64,000 bases of DNA from an uncultured bacterium (GCA_963977445.1 CAXBPH010000005.1:72-64071); one strand, 5' to 3'. Positions 35,884 through 45,840 are shown, numbered from the stretch's first letter. Numbers and translations: made by a program. Notes: generated by a model from the sequence alone, not told the origin.

Positions 35884-38355
35884 CTACTGAATCACCGTGC
35901 GGGTGATGCCTTCACGGGCTGGCGCTTTCTCACCCAGCTTCTCCATCCGCTCCTTGATGGCAGCCGGATCGGCCTGACGTTTTTCCGCCTCACCCACCAG
36001 GCCCCGGGCCCGGTTCATGTCGCCCGAAGCAATGGCCACATCCGCAGCACGCAACCACGGCTCGGGTCGGGCCGGATAGGCCGTTTGCGCGGCTTCCAAA
36101 TACGCCGCACTTCGTTCCGGTTGCTGCAAGGTCATTGCGATATCCGACAAGGCCAACTCCGGAATAGGTCGTTCGCCAAATTGCTGCTGGGCACCATAGC
36201 GAAGATAAGATTCCGCCGCCGACCAAACACCGCCCGCTGCACAACGACCGGACAGTTGCATCCAGGCCTCCCAGTTGCCCGCTTGTGCGGTTCCGCGCTC
36301 CGAAAGAAAGTGGTCTGCCCCGTCCATCCGTGCACTGACATAGCCCAGCAAGGACCAGGCACCCAGGTTGGATGGCTCCTGCTCCAACGCAAGTTGCAAG
36401 AGGTAGAAGGCACTCAAGGTGCGTCCTTCGAGTAAACTGCGCTGGGCCTGAAGAATCAAGACAACCGGTGAGCCCGGTGCATTGCGCTGGGCTTCTTCGC
36501 TCTGGGCGCGTACGGCGGCTATTTGCTCTGCCGCAGCCTTAAATTGTTTGATCGATCCCTCAATCGCTTCGTGGTTGCCTTGGGCACCCAAACCCTCCAA
36601 CAGCGGCAATCCGGTGGCCAGGTCGCCAGACTGTGCGGCAAGCATCCCGAAGCGTTCTTGAGCAATTTCGGGAAGACTACCAAGTTTACGAGCCCGCCTG
36701 AATGCACGAAGCGATTCCACCATGTATTGGGACTCGCCCGTAGCACGAGCCTGTTGCTCAGCCACGTAGGCACGATAGAGTGCCACTTCCTGGGTCAGGG
36801 GCAGGCGGGCTTCCGCGTCGCGGAGGTAAGCCAACGCTTCCCCGTAGTTTTCCTGTTCCATGGAAAGTATGCCCAGATTCTTCTGGGCTTCCCCCGTCGC
36901 TTCACCACGATCAAGTACGTCAGACCAGGCCGCCAGGGCATCGGCTATGGCCGCACGGCGATAGTCCCCTTCGAGGTTTGGTGTATTGAGTTGGGAGACC
37001 AGGTAACGGCCAATTTCCAACGCCGGGCGCACGGACTCAGGCTGTTGCTCCTGGGCCTGCTTCCACAGTTCGACCGGGCGGGTCCACTGTCCACACTGCT
37101 GAAAGGAAAGGCCCGCAAGGCCAAGAATGACTACCGCTACGATACCGCCCGCGATGAGTCGCGGCCGTTCGCCCGTCACCATCTGAATACCACAGGGCAC
37201 CAACAGACACACGGCTGCCCAGGGAACATAGAGATAACGACTGGGCCCCACAGGCGTGGCAGGTCCAAAAAAGGCCGATCCAAGCAAGGCCAATCCAACC
37301 CAGATTACCACGATGCCCGGCAAGCGATGGCCCTTCACGCCGAGGGCGAGACCACCCACCAGCGCGATGAGGGCAATCAGGCTGGGGAAAATGCCTGAGT
37401 CCACGGGGAGTAAACTATATTGATTGGCCAGAAGACCAAAATACAATCCATTGCCAGCCTCGGTCATGGCAGCCAGGAGGCTCGTGAGGGGATTCCCCTG
37501 AAACGCTATTTCCGCGAAGAGTCCCGACGCCGTGCCCGCCACCCACATGAATACCGTCAGCAGGACCAAGACGCCCGCGACCACGCCGCGAAAGTCGCGG
37601 TCACCATCGGTGCGGTTGTTTCGAAGATAGACGAGGGCCACGCCGACGAGGGGAAAAAAGATCGCCGAGGTATCACTGCCAAAGGCAAGTACGAAACAGA
37701 CGGCCGCCAAGGTCAATCCCAAAATTCCGCGACGTAAAGAAGGCTGAGCACGCAGCAGCAAGGCCACAGCGGCCAGGCCAAAGAAGGTAGACTGCAAGAC
37801 CGAGCGCGCCACGAGATAGTTAACCGATTCAGAGGCCAGCGGGTGGGCGGCGAAGAGCATACCCGCGGTCATGGCAACCACTTCCGGGGTGCCCCGGGGC
37901 ATCAACTGCCGCGCAATCAGAAACACGAGGATGGCACATAGCAGATGGAGGAAGATGCTGCCCCCATGGATGATATCGAGTCGCTCACCACCGATGACGG
38001 CATTGACCGACAAGCCCAGTACCGAAAGGGGCGCGGTGGGCATCTGGGGGAGTAAATCGAGGCTGGTAACGATCCGTCCCAGGCCCGAATCCCCGCCAAA
38101 AAGCGTCAAATCTTCGCCATGGAGCGGCACATTAAAGGCATAGAGATAAACCACAAATCCAAGGGCAGCAATGAGAAAGGCACTGATATAGACCTGGGCC
38201 ACGTCGCTGCCGGAATCACCATTGAAGGCCCCCGCTGCGGGCGACGGCTTGGCCACACCGTTTTCTGGCACGTCCTCGGTAGAGTCCGATGTCACCGTTT
38301 CTGATTCCGAGGGTATCTTATCGCTATCCAACGCACTGCTCTCCGTTGCAACCAA
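35884..38355 (-). CDS. Polytopic membrane protein (GT-C / PMT-ArnT-like fold suspected) with C-terminal TPR repeats
   Basis: 823-aa ORF. About 10 or more hydrophobic segments in the first ~480 aa. TPR-like helices follow (YRRAAIADALAAWSDVL..., AWSLLGYVSARMDG...). Confidence 0.6.
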   Translation of the reverse strand: MVATESSALDSDKIPSESETVTSDSTEDVPENGVAKPSPAAGAFNGDSGSDVAQVYISAFLIAALGFVVYLYAFNVPLHGEDLTLFGGDSGLGRIVTSLDLLPQMPTAPLSVLGLSVNAVIGGERLDIIHGGSIFLHLLCAILVFLIARQLMPRGTPEVVAMTAGMLFAAHPLASESVNYLVARSVLQSTFFGLAAVALLLRAQPSLRRGILGLTLAAVCFVLAFGSDTSAIFFPLVGVALVYLRNNRTDGDRDFRGVVAGVLVLLTVFMWVAGTASGLFAEIAFQGNPLTSLLAAMTEAGNGLYFGLLANQYSLLPVDSGIFPSLIALIALVGGLALGVKGHRLPGIVVIWVGLALLGSAFFGPATPVGPSRYLYVPWAAVCLLVPCGIQMVTGERPRLIAGGIVAVVILGLAGLSFQQCGQWTRPVELWKQAQEQQPESVRPALEIGRYLVSQLNTPNLEGDYRRAAIADALAAWSDVLDRGEATGEAQKNLGILSMEQENYGEALAYLRDAEARLPLTQEVALYRAYVAEQQARATGESQYMVESLRAFRRARKLGSLPEIAQERFGMLAAQSGDLATGLPLLEGLGAQGNHEAIEGSIKQFKAAAEQIAAVRAQSEEAQRNAPGSPVVLILQAQRSLLEGRTLSAFYLLQLALEQEPSNLGAWSLLGYVSARMDGADHFLSERGTAQAGNWEAWMQLSGRCAAGGVWSAAESYLRYGAQQQFGERPIPELALSDIAMTLQQPERSAAYLEAAQTAYPARPEPWLRAADVAIASGDMNRARGLVGEAEKRQADPAAIKERMEKLGEKAPAREGITRTVIQ

Positions 38356-38426
38356 AATTCCAAACCCCGATTATAGGCGACTTGGACCTGCCCATGGAAA
38401 TATCCCGAGCTGGTCAACCAAGTCCC

Positions 38427-39965
38427 TCAGGCCCGAGAGACAAATCGCATACCCACCAGACCCACACTTCCAAGCACAAACAGGGAGACGCCCAGATAAA
38501 AAGACCATCCTCCGGGTTTGCGCAATGCAGACAGAATAACGCTATCGCTCTCATCACCATCACCCGGTGCCAGCTGAAACACCCACGTGCCTACGCGGCA
38601 GCGTTGACCCGAGCTCAGATGGGTTTCTTCCTTCACCGTGCCGTCCTGGGTCACCACGGAGAGAAAAACCTTCACATCGGGGGGCTGGGGAACACGACGG
38701 TACTCAAGTCGGTAATCTCCGAGGGTGCGAACAAGCCCTTCACGAAGGACCACCTGCTTTCCCTCATGACGGCAATAAAGGGCCGTCAATTCACCTTCCG
38801 ACGAAGTATAGGGCACGGCGGCACCCAAGACCTGGCCCAATTCAATTTCTGGCACGCCCCCTACCAACCAATTCTCGCCGTCTTCCATGGGACGAATTGT
38901 CGGGCGATCATCGGCTCCGATGCGCTGCACCAGGGCGGCACCGTCTTTCCAACCATGTACCACGATGATATCGTCCGCTTGGGCGGGATCCTCGTAGAAA
39001 AAATCATCGGCTTCGCCTGCGGCGTTTACGTAGACCGTCTGCGTCTCGATAGCACCGTCCCGCTCTACCCGCAAAACCACCGTCTTTTTGTCTGGGGACC
39101 GTTGCAGGAGGGTCACCCGTGCACCATCCCCGAGGACAATTCCACTGCCTGGGGCGACGCCCTGGATCCATTGGATAGCCTGCCCATCCCGTACCCCCCA
39201 GCGCCCGGCACCGTCAAAGGATGCCCGACCCATGGCCGCCGCCTTGCGAGCCAGTCCTTCATTCTCGTGCCACACGAACGTTACGGCGTCATTGTTGCCA
39301 GGGTAAAACCAGGAATGCTGCTGTAGAAACAAGAGGTGCTCGTCACCCGCCGTCAAGGGACGAACCGTAAGCGTTGCCATGGGCTGACCACGGGTATAAC
39401 GTATGAGCCCGGTCCACGGTGAGATAGCGTCAATTTCCAGAACACCGGTCGGAACGTCTTGGTTGCTACCGTGCCCGGACGGGGTTACTTCCGGGACGCT
39501 CGACGTGTCCGAATCTTTTTGGGACGTGCTGCCATCCAGCGCGACGTGTGCAGGCCCCGCGCCCATTCGTATCGAATCCCCAGGGGCCACCAATTCTTCA
39601 CGGCTCCCCCCGGGACCCTGAATAACCAACACCTGTTTATCGGGATAATCTTTCAGGATTTCACGGCGGTCGAAGCGCAGACCGGTAGGCATGAGCACCC
39701 CGTCGAAACGGGCCGTCGCCTGGAGACGTCTGGCGGCTTTGGGGTTATCTAAGAGCAGGATATCCGGCTCCACATTTTTCTGGCTCACCCCCAGCCCGGA
39801 TTGGGGATCATGGGGTGCCACGACCAGGTGCTCGGTAACCCCCTGCGCCAGGTAGAGCTGGCCTTCAAAATGCTGGACGCGCACATAGATCGTACCCGCC
39901 ACCCTCAACAGGAGGCCCAGATAAATCAGCGACAAGAGTAGTCGCTTGTTTACACGAAATGACAT
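38427..39965 (-). CDS. Hypothetical bitopic membrane protein (ResB-like topology only)
   Basis: 512-aa ORF with an N-terminal TM (LLLSLIYLGLLLRVAG) and a C-terminal TM (WSFYLGVSLFVLGSVGLVGM) flanking a large soluble domain. No family recognised. Confidence 0.55.
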   Translation of the reverse strand: MSFRVNKRLLLSLIYLGLLLRVAGTIYVRVQHFEGQLYLAQGVTEHLVVAPHDPQSGLGVSQKNVEPDILLLDNPKAARRLQATARFDGVLMPTGLRFDRREILKDYPDKQVLVIQGPGGSREELVAPGDSIRMGAGPAHVALDGSTSQKDSDTSSVPEVTPSGHGSNQDVPTGVLEIDAISPWTGLIRYTRGQPMATLTVRPLTAGDEHLLFLQQHSWFYPGNNDAVTFVWHENEGLARKAAAMGRASFDGAGRWGVRDGQAIQWIQGVAPGSGIVLGDGARVTLLQRSPDKKTVVLRVERDGAIETQTVYVNAAGEADDFFYEDPAQADDIIVVHGWKDGAALVQRIGADDRPTIRPMEDGENWLVGGVPEIELGQVLGAAVPYTSSEGELTALYCRHEGKQVVLREGLVRTLGDYRLEYRRVPQPPDVKVFLSVVTQDGTVKEETHLSSGQRCRVGTWVFQLAPGDGDESDSVILSALRKPGGWSFYLGVSLFVLGSVGLVGMRFVSRA

Positions 39966-40028
39966 GGCCGTAGTATGGCAGCGGGATGTAAAGAGATGCC
40001 ACCAACGCGAGGCGAAAGACTACGACAG

Positions 40029-40679
40029 TTAAAATGCGTAGGGGCTTACCAGGCTCGTTTCGGGATGCTCGCGATACTGGGCGCCCGCCACGAAGAAGTC
40101 CACCAGGGTGGCCGCAAGCTCGGGACTCAGGCGGGTCTCAGCGCGACTGGACTTCGCCATCATATGCATATCCATAATGCCAAGAAACACGAGGGTAAGA
40201 CTCTGGCTGTCGCCACCGGAGAGTTCCTGCTGATCGAGACCACGACGAATTACCGCCTCCACAATCTTGAAGCGCTGGCGAATCAGTCGGTTGCGATCCA
40301 GCGGGGGACCTTGCTCGGGTGGCGAAAACAATACCTGCAGTATGAGGCGTACCGACTCGCTGCTTTCCTCACCCAGTTCAAAGGCACTGGCAATAATGCC
40401 CTTGAGTCGCTGCACGGCCGTTTCGTCTCGGGAGGCAGCCGCATCGATCCGCTCAATGAGTTCGCTGAATTTCGTTTCAAAGAGACGTCGAAAGAGATCT
40501 TCTTTGTTTTCGAAATAGTAATACAACACCGGGCGGGTAACGCCGGCACCCTCGATAATCTCGCGGATGCTGGTACCTTCGTAGCCCTGTTGACTGAAGA
40601 GCCGTAGCGCGCTGTTCAAGAGCTTTGTTTCGGCTTCATTGGTCGTAACAGGTTCAGGTGCGGCCATGGTGTGCTCCAA
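40029..40679 (-). CDS. TetR/AcrR family transcriptional regulator
   Basis: LLNSALRLFSQQGYEGTSIREIIEGAGVTRPVLYYYFENKEDLF is a canonical TetR N-terminal HTH. Confidence 0.9.
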   Translation of the reverse strand: MEHTMAAPEPVTTNEAETKLLNSALRLFSQQGYEGTSIREIIEGAGVTRPVLYYYFENKEDLFRRLFETKFSELIERIDAAASRDETAVQRLKGIIASAFELGEESSESVRLILQVLFSPPEQGPPLDRNRLIRQRFKIVEAVIRRGLDQQELSGGDSQSLTLVFLGIMDMHMMAKSSRAETRLSPELAATLVDFFVAGAQYREHPETSLVSPYAF

Positions 40680-40780
40680 TCTTACCTAACGTTAGTTAGT
40701 CGTTGGCGATTCTAACCCAAGTCCCATGATATTGCAAATGATCCCCCGCAATATCGCGCACCCATTGCCCCGGACCTCCA

Positions 40781-41374
40781 TCAGGGATAAAGACGTTCTT
40801 GCGTCCAGCCTGATCCCCGCTGATTATACCGCAAGCGATCGTGAAGTCGATAGGGCTGCTTCAACCAGAATTCGATTTGCAGCGGTCGCAGCCGAAAACC
40901 CGACCAGAACTTCGGACGGGGTACTGTGCCAATGGCATACTTCGCACCATACTTTGCAATACGGCGCTCAAACTCAAGGTGTTCCGTATAGGGCTCGGAC
41001 TGACGGGAAGCCCATGCGCCAATCTGACTCTGCTTGGGCCGCTGAGAAAAATAGTCGTCGGCTTCTGCTTCGCTCACCGGCTCCACCCGTCCCCGCACCC
41101 GAATCTGCTTATCCAGGGGCATCCAGTAAAAGCAAAGAGCCGCCCCCCGATTTACGTCCAGTTCCTTGGCTTTGGTACTGCCAAGGTTGGTAAAAAACAC
41201 GAATCCGTTTTCGTCCGCCTGCTTCAATAGCACGACCCGTGAGTCGGGCAACAAATCGGCATCCACCGTAGAAAGGATCATCGCACTGGGTTCGGAAACG
41301 GCCTCACAGGCTTCCGCATCGGCAAGCCAGGAGTTAAACAGCGTGATGGGATCGTCTTCATTCGGAATGGACAT
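40781..41374 (-). CDS. pdxH: Pyridoxamine 5'-phosphate oxidase
   Basis: 197 aa. Motifs LSTVD..G.P.SRVVLLK, FFTN..S.K and the C-terminal IEFWLKQPYRLHDRLRY are characteristic of PdxH. Confidence 0.85.
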   Translation of the reverse strand: MSIPNEDDPITLFNSWLADAEACEAVSEPSAMILSTVDADLLPDSRVVLLKQADENGFVFFTNLGSTKAKELDVNRGAALCFYWMPLDKQIRVRGRVEPVSEAEADDYFSQRPKQSQIGAWASRQSEPYTEHLEFERRIAKYGAKYAIGTVPRPKFWSGFRLRPLQIEFWLKQPYRLHDRLRYNQRGSGWTQERLYP

Positions 41375-41452
41375 GGGAGCGTGCTACTTTCAAAAAAACG
41401 GAAGAATCAGAAACAGGTGCGGGCACATTCGTGGACCGCACCTGTCGGACTA

Positions 41453-42265
41453 TCAGACAAATTGCTTCATGTAAGCCAGACTCTGGCTCGCGATGGTTTC
41501 GGGGCCCGGCTCAAAGTTAAATACTTCGACCGACACGTAGCCTTGAAAGTCGATTTCCTTCAACGCGCCAAATATTGGGGCAAAATCGACATCACCGAAA
41601 CCAGGACCGTTGAGGTTTTCATCGTTGGCATGATAATGCTTCATCTTGTCCGCATAGCGACGAATCAACGTGGCCCGATCATCTTCTTCGAAGGTCATGG
41701 CCTTCGTATCGAGAATCAACTGAAAATTCGGGTGTTGCACCGCATCAATCAGGGAAACCGTCTCTGCCGCGCTCTGAAGAAAGTTTGTTTCCAGGTGGGT
41801 CAGGGGCTCCATGCAGATTGTCACGTCCCGGGCTTCGCAGGTAGGCATGGCTTCCGACATGATTTCCCGTGCGAAATCGAAGGCCATGTCGTAGGTGACA
41901 CCGTCTTCGATATTCCGCTGTTTCGGGGAGCCGAAGATGATGACCTTGCCACCGATATCGCCACAGAAATTCACCAGCGCTTTCATATAATCACTGGTAA
42001 ACTTGCGCACGGCCGCATCGGGGTGGGTCAAATGCACCCCATCGGGACCAACGAATACCCAGTGGATGCCCAGAATATCCAAGTCTGCCTCGGCAGCCCG
42101 GTTCACGATTTCCTTGCGGGTCGTGTCGGATATATCCGTTACAAAGGGGGCAAAGGTAAAGGGAGCCACTTCCAGACCGTCATAGCCGATTTCTTTGACA
42201 TAGTTGACGGTACGGGCAATGTCGTTCCACTCTTTGAATATTTCACTGCAAATTCCAAACTTCAC
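41453..42265 (-). CDS. Sugar phosphate isomerase/epimerase (xylose isomerase-like TIM barrel)
   Basis: MKFGICSEIFKEW...GYDGLEVAPF at the N-terminus, about 270 aa, typical AP-endonuclease-2/XylA-like barrel pattern. Confidence 0.7.
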   Translation of the reverse strand: MKFGICSEIFKEWNDIARTVNYVKEIGYDGLEVAPFTFAPFVTDISDTTRKEIVNRAAEADLDILGIHWVFVGPDGVHLTHPDAAVRKFTSDYMKALVNFCGDIGGKVIIFGSPKQRNIEDGVTYDMAFDFAREIMSEAMPTCEARDVTICMEPLTHLETNFLQSAAETVSLIDAVQHPNFQLILDTKAMTFEEDDRATLIRRYADKMKHYHANDENLNGPGFGDVDFAPIFGALKEIDFQGYVSVEVFNFEPGPETIASQSLAYMKQFV

Positions 42266-42279
42266 GAAGGCAAAACTTT

Positions 42280-43635
42280 CTATCCATCAGCATTGATGAC
42301 GTCAGCATCCGGAGTTTCCTCCGGCTTGTAAATAAAAACACGATTCCCGCCAGAACGTTTGGCGTCATACATCATGGCGTCGGCGAAGCGGATGAAGGAT
42401 CGGGCCGTACTGCCGGGGCGATATTCCATAAGTCCCACGCTCAAAGTCAAACGATCAAATCGCTTGGCCTCAAAAGACGCGCGAACCCGTTCCGCAATTA
42501 CATAGGCCTGCTCTTCGCCGGCCTCGGGAAGGATCACCGTAAACTCGTCACCCCCATAACGGAAGCCAAGATCAACGTGCTCCCGTGTACATTCCAGCAC
42601 CACCTCCCCCACCGTTCTCAACACGCGATCCCCTTCAAGGTGACCGTGTCCATCGTTGTAGGGCTTAAACTGATCCACATCAAAGAGCAACAGCGAAAGG
42701 GGATGGCCCTGCCGGGTGGCGCGCTCAATTTCCCCTTCGAGACGATCATAAAAATATCGCTGGTTGTAAAGGTTGGTCAGGCTGTCCTTGATGGACATTT
42801 CCTTCAATTCACCTTCCAGCAATTTCTGCTGCGTGATGTCTTTACAGATGGCGAGGGTGGAAACTTGTCCCTCCGCCGGATTACGCACCTGCGACAGCGA
42901 AATATTCACCGGGATCATGGTGCCATTTTTGTGAACGACTTCAGATTCATAGTTCTGAAGGGGCTTGTCGTGGCCCAACATGCGATAGACATGCTGCAAC
43001 TCATCGTTGCCACCATGGAGCAAACCCGAAAACGGCATGGTCTCCAGTTCGCCCCGATCATAGCCAAACATATGAATCGAGCCATCGTTGGCAAATGAAA
43101 TGCCAAAGCTTTCGTCGATCGTCAAAATTGCGTCCACCGTACTGTGAAAGAGGCTCTCAAGATACTCTTTCGTACCGCGCAATTCCTGATTTGTATTTTC
43201 AAGGTCGACCGTCGCCTCGGCGATACGGGCTTCCAATTCAGTCTGGTAGCGGCGATTTTCTATTATCAATCGGCGACGCTCGAGCGCCTTTTCAACCGCC
43301 AGCGAAATCTCGGAGAGGTTAAAGGGCTTCAGCAAGTAGTCGTCTGCACCCGCACGCATCGCTTCGATCGCGTTGGTCACTTCAAGCAACGCGGTGACGA
43401 CAATGACCGCCAGTTCGCTATCTTCTTTCTTGGCCTGCAGCACGACATCAATACCGTGCACCTCCGGCATCTTCAAATCGGTGACAAGTAAGTCAAAACG
43501 CTTCGTCTTAAGCGTTTCAAGTGCCTCAACGGCCGAAGTGAACATCTCACACACATAACCTTCTTCGGTAAGATGCTGCCCGAGCAACTCAAGAATGCTG
43601 GACTCATCATCCAGCACCAGGATACGCTCATTCAC
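42280..43635 (-). CDS. Response regulator with receiver, PAS and GGDEF (diguanylate cyclase) domains
   Basis: ILVLDDE...DLLVTDLKMPEVHG receiver domain, a central PAS-like segment, and a RYGGDEF active-site motif. Confidence 0.85.
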   Translation of the reverse strand: MNERILVLDDESSILELLGQHLTEEGYVCEMFTSAVEALETLKTKRFDLLVTDLKMPEVHGIDVVLQAKKEDSELAVIVVTALLEVTNAIEAMRAGADDYLLKPFNLSEISLAVEKALERRRLIIENRRYQTELEARIAEATVDLENTNQELRGTKEYLESLFHSTVDAILTIDESFGISFANDGSIHMFGYDRGELETMPFSGLLHGGNDELQHVYRMLGHDKPLQNYESEVVHKNGTMIPVNISLSQVRNPAEGQVSTLAICKDITQQKLLEGELKEMSIKDSLTNLYNQRYFYDRLEGEIERATRQGHPLSLLLFDVDQFKPYNDGHGHLEGDRVLRTVGEVVLECTREHVDLGFRYGGDEFTVILPEAGEEQAYVIAERVRASFEAKRFDRLTLSVGLMEYRPGSTARSFIRFADAMMYDAKRSGGNRVFIYKPEETPDADVINADG

Positions 43636-43711
43636 GTTTCAACACTCCCAATCGATAGCGATCTGGTCACAACCCTTCCGTCAAGAACCCCTGGTAGCAC
43701 ACACCGGTTGT

Positions 43712-43939
43712 TCATACGTATTTGACTACGGCAATCATGACAAAGATCGAGCCAATTCCCAGACCTACTTCAAGGGGGCCAGGCAGCTTATCCTGATCAA
43801 ATTCTTTCGTACCTAATTCGGTACTGCTTCTTTCCGCGGTACTTTTGCCTTGCGCATGTACCGTATCGACGTCCACCCCTATTCCTACGCACAAGAATAA
43901 ACTGAGAACGCCAGCGAGTATAAGCCCTTTTATAGCCAT
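43712..43939 (-). CDS. Small membrane or secreted protein (75 aa), hypothetical
   Basis: Internal start MAIKGLILAGVLSLFLCVG preceded by GGGAG. The C-terminus is hydrophobic (GLGIGSIFVMIAVV). The upstream part of the 161-aa ORF looks non-coding. Confidence 0.4.
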   Translation of the reverse strand: MAIKGLILAGVLSLFLCVGIGVDVDTVHAQGKSTAERSSTELGTKEFDQDKLPGPLEVGLGIGSIFVMIAVVKYV

Positions 43940-44114
43940 GGGTAGCAATCTCCCTGTTGTAACGCGGCTTCGCAACCATTCTAAACTCTTGGTCCATAAA
44001 GTGCAATACACAAAATCCTTCGTAAGTGTACCGTCTTTGCGCAATACGTCAAGGAGCCCGGTGGAGGCGCACTTACCCAGGTTGGGCGTCGCCCAAAATA
44101 AGGGCCGATGATTC

Positions 44115-44143
44115 TTGTCTGTATTTGCCTGTTTTTGTATAAT
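44115..44143 (+). promoter_or_regulatory. Sigma-70-type promoter with extended -10
   Basis: TTGTCT, 17-nt spacer, TATAAT, with TG immediately upstream of the -10 (TGTATAAT). It lies about 60 nt before the ATG at 44203. Confidence 0.55.
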
Positions 44144-44202
44144 GGCCTCAGAGCGTCGGTGCTGAAGGGACGCAAAACTCAGCTGTTGAAGGGTCAATCC
44201 CC

Positions 44203-44565
44203 ATGGATAAAATTCTCACCGTAAACGATGTCGCAGGTATTTTGCAGGTGAAAGCAATCACTGTCCGAGAAATGTTTCGGGAAAAGCGTCTGCGCGGCTT
44301 TAAAGTCGGCAAAGCCTGGCGCACTACCGAAGCCATGCTACAGGAAGACATCGACACCCTGTCCCGGGGTGAGTCGCCGCCCGCGCTCCCCACGCCAGAT
44401 GCCGCACCAGGCAGCCCTATAGCTGTAGCGAAAGCGCCAACGACTCCACCGAAATCAAAGGAAGTCGTCCCCGCAGCCCCATCCCCCAAAAAAGCCACCG
44501 AAAAAGCGGTGCCCGCCTCGGAAGACGAGACGGACGACGAAGACACGCAGCAAATGCTGTTTTAG
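44203..44565 (+). CDS. Excisionase/MerR-like helix-turn-helix (HTH_17-type) DNA-binding protein with a disordered acidic tail
   Basis: ILTVNDVAGILQVKAITVREMFREKRLRGFKVGKAWRTTEAML matches the excisionase-family HTH pattern. The C-terminus is Pro/Ala/Lys/Asp-rich. Confidence 0.65.
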   Translation: MDKILTVNDVAGILQVKAITVREMFREKRLRGFKVGKAWRTTEAMLQEDIDTLSRGESPPALPTPDAAPGSPIAVAKAPTTPPKSKEVVPAAPSPKKATEKAVPASEDETDDEDTQQMLF

Positions 44566-44650
44566 GCCTGGGGGCGAGCATCCCGCCGGTGCGACCCGGC
44601 CTGAAGTCCGATTCAGCGCGTCATTGGAAATAATTTACCGGGTCGTATCA

Positions 44651-44679
44651 TTGACAATGCCAGAAGACGGCTATACTAT
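44651..44679 (+). promoter_or_regulatory. Sigma-70-type promoter
   Basis: Perfect TTGACA (44651-56). The -10 is either TATACT (15-nt spacer) or TACTAT (17-nt spacer). It is about 150 nt before the ATG at 44826. Confidence 0.45.
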
Positions 44680-44825
44680 ACTCAGCAGAAGCAATAATAC
44701 GAATTGGGGAATAAGTATGGCTGGGCATGCTCGACAGCCAATGATCAGGTATGTATTCGGCTTCGCTCCGATGATGACTTGATGCTGGAGTTACGGGAAC
44801 GAGCATCACGAGGAGAGTTGGTCTA

Positions 44826-45674
44826 ATGCGCATCCTGGAGTTTTTGAAAGATTCTCAAGACGATTTACAGGCATCAGGCCTGATTAATGAATGCGGACTT
44901 ACCGCAGTGTATCACCGCATTTTTAATGCGGTTGAGCAGCGGTATATCGAAGATCGTCAGGGAGATTTCCCCTTCACCCGGGGCGAATATATCGCAACCC
45001 GTCTGGGTGAACATGACATGATCAGCGATCTGGCCCTCTTTGCCCAGCGATTTTCCGCTACGGCAGAAGATCGGCTGATTGCCGTCCGCCTGAAGTATGT
45101 GGGTGCCCAGTTTCTTATCGAAGCCGGCGACTGGTATGCACTACACCTGTTTATTCAGGAAATCATTCGCGATGGCGACAATCTCCGCGTCCACCTGCCC
45201 GCAGCCCGGGCCTTTGCCAAAGAATGCTGTGAGCAGCACATCCGCTACTCCCACCAGATACTCTCCCAACTGCCTGCGGGAACCATTCAGGGCGAACACC
45301 TGGGCTATTGGGTTATGTCGCACCTGCTTGAAGAAGAAACAAACTACGACCGGGCCTTGCACTACGTCGAGCAGGGCATGCACCAGGGTTGGCAAGGTAA
45401 TTGGGAGGCGCGCATCAAGCATCTCCAGAAGCTCGCCCCCCCGCGGAGCACGAAGTCAACGATTGTAAATCTGACAGGACGCCCCCTCGGGGCCACGCCG
45501 CCCCCCACGTCGGGCGCGCCCATGCCCAAACTGACGCCGCCCCCCGCCACACCCAATGAGCGACATGTGGAGTGCCCGTCGTGCCAACAGAAAATGCGCA
45601 TCCCCGCCTCGTTCACCGGGGCCTATGGTGCCTGTGTGAAGTGTGGACAGCGCGTAGATATACCCACGCTCTGA
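44826..45674 (+). CDS. Hypothetical protein with a C-terminal zinc ribbon
   Basis: 282-aa ORF. The C-terminus reads VECPSCQQKMRIP...GACVKCGQRVDIP (two CxxC pairs). A Pro-rich linker precedes it. Confidence 0.55.
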   Translation: MRILEFLKDSQDDLQASGLINECGLTAVYHRIFNAVEQRYIEDRQGDFPFTRGEYIATRLGEHDMISDLALFAQRFSATAEDRLIAVRLKYVGAQFLIEAGDWYALHLFIQEIIRDGDNLRVHLPAARAFAKECCEQHIRYSHQILSQLPAGTIQGEHLGYWVMSHLLEEETNYDRALHYVEQGMHQGWQGNWEARIKHLQKLAPPRSTKSTIVNLTGRPLGATPPPTSGAPMPKLTPPPATPNERHVECPSCQQKMRIPASFTGAYGACVKCGQRVDIPTL

Positions 45675-45796
45675 GCCATCGGCCACTCGTTCCAAATTAG
45701 CGCATTGTTTACACTATTTTCCGCTGGCACATTTTCGAGGCTTGCGCTATACTGAAATTGCGATACGTATGATGGTAACCTCAGCGTGTCGGGTAG

Positions 45797-45840
45797 AGCC
45801 GCCGCGTGGTGATTCATTCACCCACGGCGGCTGAGTTTTT
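45797..45840 (+). terminator. Rho-independent terminator
   Basis: AGCCGCCG(cg)TGG ... CCACGGCGGCT stem with a 2-nt bulge, then GAGTTTTT. Confidence 0.5.

Noticed and set aside
44717-44782. 21-codon uORF (MAGHARQPMIRYVFGFAPMMT) in the leader of the 44826 gene as a regulatory leader peptide
   Set aside because: Only a weak GGGG-type RBS is present. No attenuator-like alternative hairpins are obvious and there is no supporting evidence. It is noted only as a possibility.
45725-45753. TGGCAC followed by TATACT, suggesting a promoter for an ~85-nt sRNA ending at the 45797-45840 terminator
   Set aside because: TGGCAC is a poor -35 element (2 of 6 matches) and no GC occurs at the sigma-54 -12 position. 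The terminator is more simply explained as that of the 44826-45674 gene.
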